From the NCBI GenBank assembly GCA_038998335.1, contig JAVZHQ010000001.1, positions 256,001 through 320,000 of the forward strand: 64,000 nucleotides of DNA. The letters run 5' to 3'. Of this stretch, positions 1 to 9,435 are shown piece after piece. Within the stretch, counting starts at the first letter, position 1, and each line of letters starts with the position of its first letter. The notes below the pieces were generated by a model. The model did no database searches. It worked only from the letters and a program-made list of their open reading frames with translations, and was not told where the DNA came from. The stretch is from Candidatus Aenigmatarchaeota archaeon. GTDB taxonomy: Archaea > Aenigmatarchaeota > Aenigmatarchaeia > CG10238-14 > SCSR01. The translations under genes were made by a program, and so were the position numbers.

Positions 1-2
1 TT

Positions 3-425
3 TTGTTTCTGGAAAAAGAAGATTTAGAAAAAAAGTTAAGGGAGCTTGGTCATAGGTTCCCAAAGGCAAGAGCTTATTATATAGTTGAAGCAAGGAAGTT
101 TAAAGATAAGTTAAAAAAAATTATAGAAAGTTTGAAAGAGGAAGAGCTAAGAGAATGGTTAGTGGAAAACGTTAAAGGTTTAGGATATAAAGAGGCGAGC
201 CATTTTTTAAGAAATATTGGTTATAAAAATTTTGCGATAATAGATTTCCACATTCTTGATGTTTTAAATAAATTTAAGCTTGTAAAAAAACCAAAAGTTA
301 TAACAAAGAAAAAATACTTAGAGATAGAGAGTTTGCTTAGAAAAATTGCTGAAGAGGCTAAGCTAACTTTAGCTGAACTTGACTTATACCTTTGGTACTT
401 AGAAACAAGAAAAGTGTTAAAATAG
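3..425 (+). CDS. ogg: 8-oxoguanine DNA glycosylase/AP lyase (archaeal Ogg), 5'-truncated by window edge
   Basis: HhH motif VKGLGYKEASHFLRNIG, AIIDFHIL, C-terminal ELDLYLWY. Confidence 0.9.
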   Translation: MFLEKEDLEKKLRELGHRFPKARAYYIVEARKFKDKLKKIIESLKEEELREWLVENVKGLGYKEASHFLRNIGYKNFAIIDFHILDVLNKFKLVKKPKVITKKKYLEIESLLRKIAEEAKLTLAELDLYLWYLETRKVLK

Positions 426-446
426 TTTTAATAACTCAATCAAGGC

Positions 447-1370
447 TCAACTTTCTAACCTTAAACTTAAAATGTATCCGCTACCGTCGCAAACTCTTGT
501 GTTAAATTCTGGGCAAGTTCTACAACTGCCAAAGCCAAGCTTATATTTATCAGCCAAGGTTCTTATTTTCTTCGTTATGTTATATCTGTATTCTGGCGAA
601 GCATAATAGTATATGTATCTTCTATCTGGTTTGGTGAAGTATAGGCTTGCAATTTTATCTTTTATTTCTGGTAAAGCTTTTTCTATTCTTTCTTTATATC
701 TCCAAACAATTCTCAATGTCCCAGAGGTAATCATTCTAACTCCAGCTTCTTTCACTTGCTTTATTAGTTCTTCCAATTCTTTTTCATCATCATTTAAATA
801 AGGAACGATAGGGTCTATCCAGACAGTGGTGAGAAATTTTTTTGAAAGTTCTTTTAAAACTTCTAATCTTTTTTGTGGCGAAGGGGCGTAGGGCTCGATT
901 TTTCTTGCTTTTTCTTTATCTAAAGTTGTTACGGTGACAGAAGCGATAAAATATTTTGATTTTTCTAAAACATCCAAATCTCTTAACATTAAACCAGGAT
1001 TTTTTGTTTGGACATTTATGGGAAAATTGTTCTTAACAAGGATTTTTAAAATCTCTCTTGTTATTTGGTACTTTTCCTCTTCATAAGTATACGGGTCTAC
1101 AATAGAAGAAAGGTAAACCAAACGTTTTGGTCTGTTTTTAACTTCCTTTTTAAGTGCTTCAACCAAACCTTCCCTAGGGATCGCAACTTCTTTTTGTATA
1201 CCTCGAGATAAGTCTTGGTATTTTTTTGATTTTTTATGAAAATCGGAGAAATATCTTCCATAACAATAAACACAACCTATAGAACATCCGATGTAGGGGT
1301 TGATCGTATACTTAGGAGGACACGTACAAAGCAATTTTTGAGACGATTTGAAATCTCTTAATACTTGCAT
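447..1370 (-). CDS. Radical SAM protein, SPL-like family
   Basis: INPYIGCSIGCVYCY (CxxxCxxC), DPY, TK, EPYAPSPQKRL. Confidence 0.85.
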   Translation of the reverse strand: MQVLRDFKSSQKLLCTCPPKYTINPYIGCSIGCVYCYGRYFSDFHKKSKKYQDLSRGIQKEVAIPREGLVEALKKEVKNRPKRLVYLSSIVDPYTYEEEKYQITREILKILVKNNFPINVQTKNPGLMLRDLDVLEKSKYFIASVTVTTLDKEKARKIEPYAPSPQKRLEVLKELSKKFLTTVWIDPIVPYLNDDEKELEELIKQVKEAGVRMITSGTLRIVWRYKERIEKALPEIKDKIASLYFTKPDRRYIYYYASPEYRYNITKKIRTLADKYKLGFGSCRTCPEFNTRVCDGSGYILSLRLES

Positions 1371-1381
1371 TATACCACAAG

Positions 1382-1966
1382 CTAATCTTTTAAGTAGTTC
1401 AAGTTAAGGAGGTATTCTCCTTTTTCCTTTATAAGATAGCCAAGCTTACTTAATGAAAACAAGCGTCTCAATATAGTAGATTTCCTATAGGTTCCTTTTA
1501 ACGGTGAAGGTATTTTTTGTATGAGTAATTCTGGTGTAATCTTTCCTTCTTCTGCAGCAACTTCCATTATCTTATACACTAGGTCGCAGTTAAAGTGTAA
1601 GGTGTGCGTTGGATACCTCTCAAGAAATTCTTTGAGTTTCTTTGAATGTTTAGCTACAAACTCATCCTTAGGTAGATCAAGCTTTTTTGAAATAATTTCG
1701 GCTGTATCATCAGGTATTGAGAGAAATTTATCGCAAGGAAGGTGTGGTTTGGTAATAAAAGGAAGGGAAGGAACAATGAAGCCTGCTTCAGTCAACTTCT
1801 TGCTCAAATATTTTAGCTCCTTTTCAGCTTCTCTTCTTTCCTTCTTTTTTTCTCTTAGCTGATTTTCTAGTGTATTTATTTCATTTTCAAGGATTTTATA
1901 AGCTTCTATTTTTTCTACAGCCTCGTCTATAAGCTTTTTGTATTCTTTCAATTTTTCAAGACTCAT
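1382..1966 (-). CDS. Hypothetical protein, N-terminal coiled coil plus C-terminal winged-helix-like region (paralog A1)
   Basis: N-terminus MSLEKLKEYKKLIDEAVE...LSKKLTEAGF shared with 4386..5099 and 7234..8049; C-terminal RRLFSLSKLGYLIKEKGEYLL looks like a wHTH wing. Confidence 0.65.
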   Translation of the reverse strand: MSLEKLKEYKKLIDEAVEKIEAYKILENEINTLENQLREKKKERREAEKELKYLSKKLTEAGFIVPSLPFITKPHLPCDKFLSIPDDTAEIISKKLDLPKDEFVAKHSKKLKEFLERYPTHTLHFNCDLVYKIMEVAAEEGKITPELLIQKIPSPLKGTYRKSTILRRLFSLSKLGYLIKEKGEYLLNLNYLKD

Positions 1967-2034
1967 AATATCTATGAAATTAATCGAACAATTAAGGATT
2001 TAAATTTAATTTTTATAGAACTTTTAGGACTGTC

Positions 2035-4332
2035 ATGGCAGGGAAAAAAGAAAAATTCGAGAAATTAGTAGAGCTCTTGTTGGCAAACCCTAAAATCAAG
2101 TACCATGAAATACCTACAAACCTCCATTGGACTCTCCGAAAATCTTTTGGTGGAATTAACAACGCAAAAAGAGCTCTGAGGTTAGACGCTTACATCTCAA
2201 AAACTTATAGTTCAAAACTTCCAACCCCAGAGGAGGTAGATAAAAATTTTGCTGAACTAACAGAGAAGCTAGGAAGGCATCCTACTTATGAGGAGTTTTA
2301 CGAACATTTTCCTTCTTCCTATTACGTGATTAGAAAAGGCTTATATCCTAACGTTAAAAGTTGGAAAGAATACATTAGAAGTAAGGGTTACGAACCTTAT
2401 GATAATAGAGGGGTGATTTCTGACGAGCAGATAATTGAGCTTATAGAAAGAGGATTGAGTGATGCTGAAATTGCAAGAAAATTAGGAAGAATCACAAGAA
2501 AAGGTGTTGCCTACAGAAGAAAAAAATTAGGATACCCTCCTTTTTCAAGGAAAAAATTTACTGACGAACAATTGGAAGAGGCTATAAAGAAAAGTGGAAG
2601 TTATTCTGCAGCTGCAAGGCTTCTAGGAGTAAACTCTAGTAGTTTAGCTGAAAGAGCAAAGAAAAAAGGTATAGAATCGCCTTATATCAAAAGAGTTCAT
2701 CCAATTAAAAAATTTTTAAAGGAACAAGGCCCTTCTTTAGGTTCTGAAATCATTGCTGCGGTTGGAAACTTTAACGTGGGAAGATGGGTCTTATACGAAG
2801 GTAAAGACGTATGCTCGTTTCGCATACCAGGATATAAAAGCAAATTATATTTTCTAAAAGGACAAGAAGAGGAAGCAAAAAAGAAGAAAATTTTTTATAT
2901 AAACAAAAAAATTGAACCTCTTTTAGAGTTTATTAAAGCTAACCCAGACTGTACACGTACAAGAATAAGAAAAGAGGGGTTTGACAGTATTATTCGTTCA
3001 TGCTTTGATGACTCTCTGGATAAGGCAAAGATAATTCAAAGGTGTATCCAGTTAGGCAGGAGGGATTTAGCCAATCAACTATTACAACAAATTAAAAACT
3101 TAGACCTGAAAGATATGGAAACGTTAGTTTCTTTGTACCAAAATGAAGCGCAAAACCAAGAAGAGGATGTAAAAATTGAATATATAGACGTTTTAAGAGA
3201 GCCTAGCACTGCAAGAATCTATACAGAATCTACAGAAACAGAAATTGGAGACATTTTACCAAAAAAGCATTTTAAAGGAAGAAGGGTTATAGTAAAAGGT
3301 TTGAAACAAGCTGAAATGCCTAAAGAAATACCAATTTTATTAAGACTGGAGAGAGCGAAGAATACAATAGATTCGTACTTTATTCATAAAAAAGAATTGG
3401 AAGGAAAGGAAGAATACCTAAGAGAAGGCTATAGAATAACAAGAGCTTATCAAAGTAGTTATAGATTATTACAAAACTTGTTGAATTTGGAAGAATTAGA
3501 AGGGAAAACAGTTTTAGACTTAGGATGCGGCTCAAATTCTCCTTTAATGCAAGTCTTAAAAGACAAAAAAATTAACGCCAATGTTGTTGGGTTAGACAGC
3601 CACAAAAAATCTTTACAGATTTGTAAAGAAAAATTTTCTGAGAATGAATTTATTCAGGGTTTATATCCCTACACTCTTTTCAGCTTCAGAAGCAACAGTT
3701 TTGATTGGATTTTTGCGATAAATTGTTTGCATTACACAAATGAAAAATCTGAAATTTGTGCAACATTAATTGGTTTAGATCAGTTACTGAAGAAAGGTGG
3801 AAGAATTGTAATAATCGAACCAAGGTCTCAATCTAAGATGAAATTCAATGCTGAATTGAAGAAAAACCTTAGTGAGATGGGTTATAATGTAGAAGAGTAT
3901 AATAAATATATAAAGTGGCCAGGACCACAATACTCTCATCATCTAATTCTGGTAGGCGAAAAAATAAATGAGGTAGATAGGAGTCAGGAGTATAAAAAGG
4001 CTATTGCAGCAAGTTTGATTAAAACAAACAGGTTTGAGGAAGCTAAGAAGATTGTTGAAGATTTGGGATTAACGCTAAGTGACATAATTAAGGAGAAAGA
4101 GAAAGAAATGGTATGCATCAGAAAGCCAGAAATAAGAAAAGTTTACAAAGAACCTAAGAGAGTTTTCAGTTTTGAAGAAAACCTTAAACTATATTCTCTG
4201 ATAAAAATGGTTAAAACTACAAAGATATATTCGAGAGATTTAGCAGAAAAAATGTTTGATAAGATTTTCAATTATTATTTTCAAAAAACCGAAAAATTAA
4301 AAAAATTTCGTCCTTACGTTGGTTCAAGGTAA
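2035..4332 (+). CDS. Multi-HTH / homing-endonuclease-associated-repeat protein fused to a class I SAM methyltransferase (paralog B1)
   Basis: ELTEKLGRHPTYEEF...KSWKEYI repeat-like unit; HTHs GLSDAEIARKLG and GSYSAAARLLGV; MTase motif I VLDLGCG, FDWIFAINCLHY, LLKKGGRIVI. Confidence 0.75.
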   Translation: MAGKKEKFEKLVELLLANPKIKYHEIPTNLHWTLRKSFGGINNAKRALRLDAYISKTYSSKLPTPEEVDKNFAELTEKLGRHPTYEEFYEHFPSSYYVIRKGLYPNVKSWKEYIRSKGYEPYDNRGVISDEQIIELIERGLSDAEIARKLGRITRKGVAYRRKKLGYPPFSRKKFTDEQLEEAIKKSGSYSAAARLLGVNSSSLAERAKKKGIESPYIKRVHPIKKFLKEQGPSLGSEIIAAVGNFNVGRWVLYEGKDVCSFRIPGYKSKLYFLKGQEEEAKKKKIFYINKKIEPLLEFIKANPDCTRTRIRKEGFDSIIRSCFDDSLDKAKIIQRCIQLGRRDLANQLLQQIKNLDLKDMETLVSLYQNEAQNQEEDVKIEYIDVLREPSTARIYTESTETEIGDILPKKHFKGRRVIVKGLKQAEMPKEIPILLRLERAKNTIDSYFIHKKELEGKEEYLREGYRITRAYQSSYRLLQNLLNLEELEGKTVLDLGCGSNSPLMQVLKDKKINANVVGLDSHKKSLQICKEKFSENEFIQGLYPYTLFSFRSNSFDWIFAINCLHYTNEKSEICATLIGLDQLLKKGGRIVIIEPRSQSKMKFNAELKKNLSEMGYNVEEYNKYIKWPGPQYSHHLILVGEKINEVDRSQEYKKAIAASLIKTNRFEEAKKIVEDLGLTLSDIIKEKEKEMVCIRKPEIRKVYKEPKRVFSFEENLKLYSLIKMVKTTKIYSRDLAEKMFDKIFNYYFQKTEKLKKFRPYVGSR

Positions 4333-4385
4333 AACTTTTTGGTAAAGCTTAAATTTTTTACTATTTTTAATAAGTTAAGATAAAC

Positions 4386-5099
4386 ATGGCTCTCGAAAAA
4401 TTAATAGAATACAAAAAAATGTTGGATCGAGCTATCGAACTTATCGAAACCTATCCTAAGCTTCAAGCAGAGGTGGAAAGTTTAAAAAAACAATTGAAAG
4501 AGAAAAAGAAAGCAAAGAAAGAAATAGAATTAGAACTTAAAGATTTGAACAAAAAGTTGGCAGAAGCAGGCTTTTCTGTTAAAATAGAAGAAATTATGAA
4601 GGAACCTGTTACACTTACACCTCCCAAAACAGTTGGAATACTTCAAACAATTACCAAAACAATTCTTGATTATAAAGCTGGAGAAATATTTCGTCGCAAA
4701 GACGTTTATGAAAAATTCCCACCAGAAATAAAAGAAAAATATCCTGACTACTTGAAAGTTGAAGGAAATATCGGAAAAATACTTAACAACTTAATCAAGA
4801 AAGGTGAGGTTATAAAAATTAGGTTTGGAACTTATAAAAGAGTTGGTAAGACAGAAGAAGTTGATAATCCAAGCCATTATTCAGAACCTATAAATAAAGC
4901 ATATAGTGTTATACTGACATATGAACCTGGTAAAAGGTTTACTTATAGAGATATCAGGGAAAAATTGTTACAGGATAGGGAGGTGCGTGAGTATAGAAAG
5001 GGTTTGTCTTTAAGAATAATTCAAGCACTTCAGTTAGCTGTTGATAGCGGAAAAGTTAGGAGAATTGGAAGAGACGTTTACGAGAGGTTATCTAACTAA
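4386..5099 (+). CDS. Hypothetical protein, coiled coil plus two winged-helix-like repeats (paralog A2)
   Basis: MALEKLIEYKKMLDRAIE...LNKKLAEAGF; internal repeats ILDYKAGEIFRRKDV...GEVIKIRFGTYKR and ILTYEPGKRFTYRDI...GKVRRIGRDVYER. Confidence 0.7.
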   Translation: MALEKLIEYKKMLDRAIELIETYPKLQAEVESLKKQLKEKKKAKKEIELELKDLNKKLAEAGFSVKIEEIMKEPVTLTPPKTVGILQTITKTILDYKAGEIFRRKDVYEKFPPEIKEKYPDYLKVEGNIGKILNNLIKKGEVIKIRFGTYKRVGKTEEVDNPSHYSEPINKAYSVILTYEPGKRFTYRDIREKLLQDREVREYRKGLSLRIIQALQLAVDSGKVRRIGRDVYERLSN

Positions 5100-5114
5100 T
5101 TGTTTAGAGTTAAA

Positions 5115-6995
5115 CTAATCTATTCGTAACCTAGGTAAGCTTTTTATATATTCTCTCAATTTTTGTTCATACTTTTCTTTTGCTTCTACATACTCCTTCT
5201 GTGCTTCCTCATAGATTTTTTGTGCTGAAAGACCTAAAAGTCTTGCCAGATTTCCTAAAGAGACAATTATTGTATCTGTAGGCCAACCTAAAAATCCATC
5301 TCTCCTTCTTATTTTCTCTTGTAAATCTAACATGATTTTGTGGGTTTTTTTCCATGAGATATAATGATTTGCAGCAAGATTTTTTACTTCGTTCATAGAA
5401 ATCATCCAAGGATATTTTCCTTCTTCTCTATATTCAAATAAGTCCATTATAAAATCTTTACATCTCTGATCTTCAGGATATGTTTGAAGCCATTTTTTAA
5501 GTTTTGCTAGCAATTTCTTATGAGTTCTTACAAAAATTTTGGGTGGTTTGAACTTTGGTATTCTTATTTTCTTCTCAACATCTATACCTTCTAATTCTTC
5601 TATTTTTTTGAAATAATCTTTTAAAGTATGGTTATAATTTTCCGCGATTTCATACGCACGAAGCAAATACATGGTTTTTTCCTCAGCATCACTTCTGTTT
5701 TTTGCAGCTTTAAGATAACTCATTCCAACCCCTTTTACATAAGAGTTAGTCTTATCAGTTTGAAGTGTTTTTTCAGCTATTAACAGATAAAAATAGGAAG
5801 GTTTCAAACCAACCCAATCAACTTTTAGCCTTTTCTCATGAAGGTTGTAGCTTAGACTTTCTAAATATTGTTTGGTTTCTAAATGACTTACTTTTTGAGA
5901 TCTTGGATGAACTATGAAAAATTTTCCCCCTTTTTTAAGGAGCTGGTGTAGACCAGCTAAAGTAGCATATTTCTCGATTCTGTTGTTAAAATGCATAGAA
6001 CATACAGCAAAAATGTAATCAAATGCATTATCAACAAAAGGAAGGGTATAAGGAAAATTTGCTTGTAAGTAGTTTTGTTTAGGAAATGTTTCCTTACTAA
6101 GCTTGAGGAATTTTTGGCAATCGTCCAAACCAATTACTTCAGCTTTTATGCCCTTTTTCTCAATTACATCTATCAAGGGAGACTTACATCCACAACCCAA
6201 ATCCAAGATTGTTTTTTCGTTCAATTCTTCCGGATTTATATAAGTCTCGAACAAATCAAGAAGAAGTTTATATTCTGACATAATTGGCTTTGAATTTACT
6301 ATAATTTCTGCTACTCTTATATCGATATTTTTTGCTTTATCATGAAATTCCAAACTATCTCTCACTTTTTTCATCCATCCAACTACTTTCATAATTTCTG
6401 CAGGACCTATAGAAACTTCACCAGCTTTTAGTGGTCTTAAAACATAAGATTTTGCCCTTCTTCTTCCAACTTCTCTCCACGCTTCAACTTCTGCCTCCAT
6501 GTCTTTTGTATAAGTGTAGTGTTTACGGAATATTCTATTAAAGCCTCTTTTTAACCTCTTTCTTTCATTTCTCTCAGGAATTTTTTCGATAAGTTTATAG
6601 AAGTCAAAAATCATTTCGAGACCGTGAGCAGAAGGAAATCTAGGAATTTCTTGGTGTAAATAATTTGCTATTAAATCTCGAATTGGTTTAGCTATGTAGA
6701 TAACAACCTCTTCTGGAACTTTTTCTGTTTTTGGAAATAGCACGTTTGTTATATCGTCAAGAGTAGAAAATTTTAAGTATCGAAAAATAAGCTCAGAAAT
6801 AAGAGTTTCTTGGTCTTCTTTCAGGTTTGACAAGTTAAGAACTTTCTTGCTATATCCCCTTACAATAGAAGGAAGATTACTCCTTAAAACTGCATATATT
6901 TCTCTAACTTTTTCCTCGTCTCTGATTAAATGCTCTATCTCATCTTTATAGATTTTCATTATCGTTTTGGGAAGACTTTTCAATTCTTTTCGCAT
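5115..6995 (-). CDS. Large protein with central class I SAM methyltransferase domain (paralog B2)
   Basis: EELNEKTILDLGCGCKSPL, FDYIFAVCSMHF, ATLAGLHQLLKKGG, PRSQ, all closely matching B1. Confidence 0.75.
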   Translation of the reverse strand: MRKELKSLPKTIMKIYKDEIEHLIRDEEKVREIYAVLRSNLPSIVRGYSKKVLNLSNLKEDQETLISELIFRYLKFSTLDDITNVLFPKTEKVPEEVVIYIAKPIRDLIANYLHQEIPRFPSAHGLEMIFDFYKLIEKIPERNERKRLKRGFNRIFRKHYTYTKDMEAEVEAWREVGRRRAKSYVLRPLKAGEVSIGPAEIMKVVGWMKKVRDSLEFHDKAKNIDIRVAEIIVNSKPIMSEYKLLLDLFETYINPEELNEKTILDLGCGCKSPLIDVIEKKGIKAEVIGLDDCQKFLKLSKETFPKQNYLQANFPYTLPFVDNAFDYIFAVCSMHFNNRIEKYATLAGLHQLLKKGGKFFIVHPRSQKVSHLETKQYLESLSYNLHEKRLKVDWVGLKPSYFYLLIAEKTLQTDKTNSYVKGVGMSYLKAAKNRSDAEEKTMYLLRAYEIAENYNHTLKDYFKKIEELEGIDVEKKIRIPKFKPPKIFVRTHKKLLAKLKKWLQTYPEDQRCKDFIMDLFEYREEGKYPWMISMNEVKNLAANHYISWKKTHKIMLDLQEKIRRRDGFLGWPTDTIIVSLGNLARLLGLSAQKIYEEAQKEYVEAKEKYEQKLREYIKSLPRLRID

Positions 6996-7027
6996 GATCT
7001 CGAATAGTTATCGAATAATTAAAACTT

Positions 7028-7261
7028 TTAAGATTTACTGTAAAGAGAGCCTAAGATATCATTCAATTTTTTCAACGCAAAAACAAGGTTTCTATTTAAG
7101 GAAAACTTGGATAAAACTTCATCGTCACATTTTAACAAAAAATCAAGTAGTTGAGTTACGGGAATTTCGTACTTTCTTAATATCTCAGTAATACTATATT
7201 TTTTAAGCTCTTCCTCTAAGTTTAGTTTAGGCTTTATGTTACTGGCAAAAAATAGCTCTCC
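7028..7261 (-). other. 77-codon open frame with no start codon near its 5' end, overlapping the end of A3 in the -1 frame (probable C-terminal continuation)
   Basis: Reads ELFFASNIKPKLNLEEELKKYSITEILRKYEIPVTQLLDFLLK...SKS*; fills the gap to the next gene; T6 run at 7247-7252. Confidence 0.5.
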
Positions 7262-8049
7262 CTAAATACATAAAATGTTTGAGAATCAGAAACTTCTGTT
7301 TGAATTTTACCCTCTTCTACTAAATCAACAAGTACTAAAAGACCACAACTTCTTAACATTTTTCTGCTCAACTTGTATGTTCGCGAAAAATCTAAAAGGC
7401 GTGATGCTAAATCCTTGTATTGGAATTTTTTGAGCTCTCTTGCATGAAATTCTATACTTTCTTTTAACTTTTTCATAAGTTCAATTTTTTTATCATCACT
7501 GAGCCATTCCGCTTTTTCCAAAAAGTCAGGAACATAAGGAAGCTTTTCACCTTTTGGAGAATAAATAGGATAATTATACACATACTCTTTTCCTGGTTTT
7601 GGTGTTTTTAATTTTATGTAACGGATATGTCTCTTATCATACAATCCTTCACTAACAGCTTTTTCAAGAAAACTTGATACTAGATTGCGTGTTTTGAGTG
7701 TATACGGTAAATTCAATTTTTTAATAATCGATTTTGGTGTGACACTTCTTCCTTCTCTTACTCTTTCTCCTGTTTTTGGGTCTAAACCCATTATTTCACT
7801 AGAAACTTCTATAACTCTTTCGTAAGTCAGTTCTTCTGGTTTAATGATTTTTGGTGCGATTTTTTCAAAAGTTATAGAAGGTAACGAAGAGACAGAAATA
7901 GAAAACCCAAACTTAAAAAGTTTCTTGTTTAACTCTTGGATTTCTTCCACGTTCTTTTCCAATTCTTTTTTGAGTTTTTCAAGTTTTTCAACTTTTTCTA
8001 CAGCTTCAGAAATTAAGTCTCTTTGTTCCTTCAATTTTTCTATCGACAT
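7234..8049 (-). CDS. Hypothetical coiled-coil protein (paralog A3); start reassigned to ATG 8049; may continue by -1 frameshift to 7028
   Basis: MSIEKLKEQRDLISEAVEK...LNKKLFKFGFS aligns with the A1/A2 N-termini. Confidence 0.65.
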   Translation of the reverse strand: MSIEKLKEQRDLISEAVEKVEKLEKLKKELEKNVEEIQELNKKLFKFGFSISVSSLPSITFEKIAPKIIKPEELTYERVIEVSSEIMGLDPKTGERVREGRSVTPKSIIKKLNLPYTLKTRNLVSSFLEKAVSEGLYDKRHIRYIKLKTPKPGKEYVYNYPIYSPKGEKLPYVPDFLEKAEWLSDDKKIELMKKLKESIEFHARELKKFQYKDLASRLLDFSRTYKLSRKMLRSCGLLVLVDLVEEGKIQTEVSDSQTFYVFRESYFLPVT

Positions 8050-8295
8050 TTTTACCCATAATTTATTAAGCAGTAAAAAATTTAAGATTATACCCACAAA
8101 AGTAACAAAGTTATAAGAAAAAAATTGTTTCCAAAAAAGAATACGAACAATGGTTAGGAAAACCTGGTGCAATGATAATCAAAGCACAAAAAGTTTTTGA
8201 AGCAAGCGGTGAGTAAAATTGCTTGGTAGAGGTAGTGTAACAATAAGAATCATGAAAAAGCATGTTACTAAATTGCTGGAATAAGGGAATATAAA

Positions 8296-9372
8296 CTAAA
8301 ATGGTCTTTGTTCCCTTCTCAAAGAAAACAAGCTAGCAAGATTCCCAACTTTTGTTAACAAATCATAATAAAATAGTTCTAAATCTTTTTCTGTAAGCTT
8401 CGCTCTTTGGTCTGCTTCTATAAGAACAGAAGGCATTCCATAGTTTGCATGTCCACTCAAAGCAAGCAAAACAGAAGAAATAAAATTTGCAGTTTTTACA
8501 CAATCTTTTTCTCCTAGAAAATCAACTCTAATTGGTCTATCAAACTCAGCAGTTTTTAGATAGAATGAAAATATTGAATTTGAAAATTCACCAAACTCTT
8601 TTAGAATAGGATGCTTTTCTGGTTCAGAAGAATAGTTGAAAACACAAGTTCTTTCGTTTAGTTTTAAAGCATAAGTTAAAAGATTGGAGTCTTTTGAGTT
8701 TTCAAGCAAAGGTTTAAACTCTATCAGTTCAGGATTAAGATTAGCTTTTTCCTTTATTATCTCACAAAATCTTGTTCCTCTTGAGTCCTCTATTACTCCA
8801 GCCAAAACGCAATTTTTTTCTCTAGCTTTTGAAAAGAGGTTTAAATAAGATTGAATCAAGTTTTCGTAAGTTGGAAAAAGTATCGAATCCTTTGCTGGTT
8901 TTTCTGTGTAATGAGGAATTATTGAACCATCTAGAAAAATTATGTCAGGTTTAAAATTTTCTATAACTTCAGAAGCTGTAGAAGTTTCAATTATTTGTCT
9001 TTCATAGTTTGAGTTCATCTCAAGCTCTATCTCATGTAAAGGTTCAAAAACTATTTTTGGGATAGGTGTTGGTAAAGCTTCAGGATAATATTCAACTTTT
9101 TCAAGCTTTCCTTTTGAGTAAAAGAATATAACTCCAATTGCTCTCAACAATATCAAATCCATGCCATGTAAAGAACGTTTTACTATTCCTCCATCTACAC
9201 CAGCAATTTTTAAGCTTTCTAGGTTTGATTTTTCAACCTTAAAAATAGTTTTTTCCTCTATTCCAGAAGAAATAGAAATTTTTCTTAGAACTTCAGCAAG
9301 CCTTATTCTTTCTGATTCCATTTTTTCGATTTTCTTAGCAAGCTCTTCCGTTATCTTGAACAAATCTTCCAT
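8296..9372 (-). CDS. nurA: NurA nuclease
   Basis: IAGVDGG, IFLDGSI, GVIEDS, YGMPSVLIEADQRAK. Confidence 0.9.
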   Translation of the reverse strand: MEDLFKITEELAKKIEKMESERIRLAEVLRKISISSGIEEKTIFKVEKSNLESLKIAGVDGGIVKRSLHGMDLILLRAIGVIFFYSKGKLEKVEYYPEALPTPIPKIVFEPLHEIELEMNSNYERQIIETSTASEVIENFKPDIIFLDGSIIPHYTEKPAKDSILFPTYENLIQSYLNLFSKAREKNCVLAGVIEDSRGTRFCEIIKEKANLNPELIEFKPLLENSKDSNLLTYALKLNERTCVFNYSSEPEKHPILKEFGEFSNSIFSFYLKTAEFDRPIRVDFLGEKDCVKTANFISSVLLALSGHANYGMPSVLIEADQRAKLTEKDLELFYYDLLTKVGNLASLFSLRREQRPF

Positions 9373-9435
9373 CCATTTTTATTTGGAATCAGAAGTAATA
9401 AAAAGTTTTTTAACTTACAAGAAGGAAAAAAGATT

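Noticed and set aside
2035-6995. Restriction-modification system
   Set aside because: No DNA-MTase catalytic motif and no recognisable nuclease or specificity subunit.
7225-7270. Second BHB micro-intron at the A3 frame break
   Set aside because: TTTAGG/CCTAAA pair, but I could not build a 4-bp central helix with 3-nt bulges.
8050-8295. Degraded gene remnant on the plus strand (IVSKKEYEQWLGKPGAMIIKAQKVF...)
   Set aside because: Short fragments in different frames with no recognisable family; cannot be supported.
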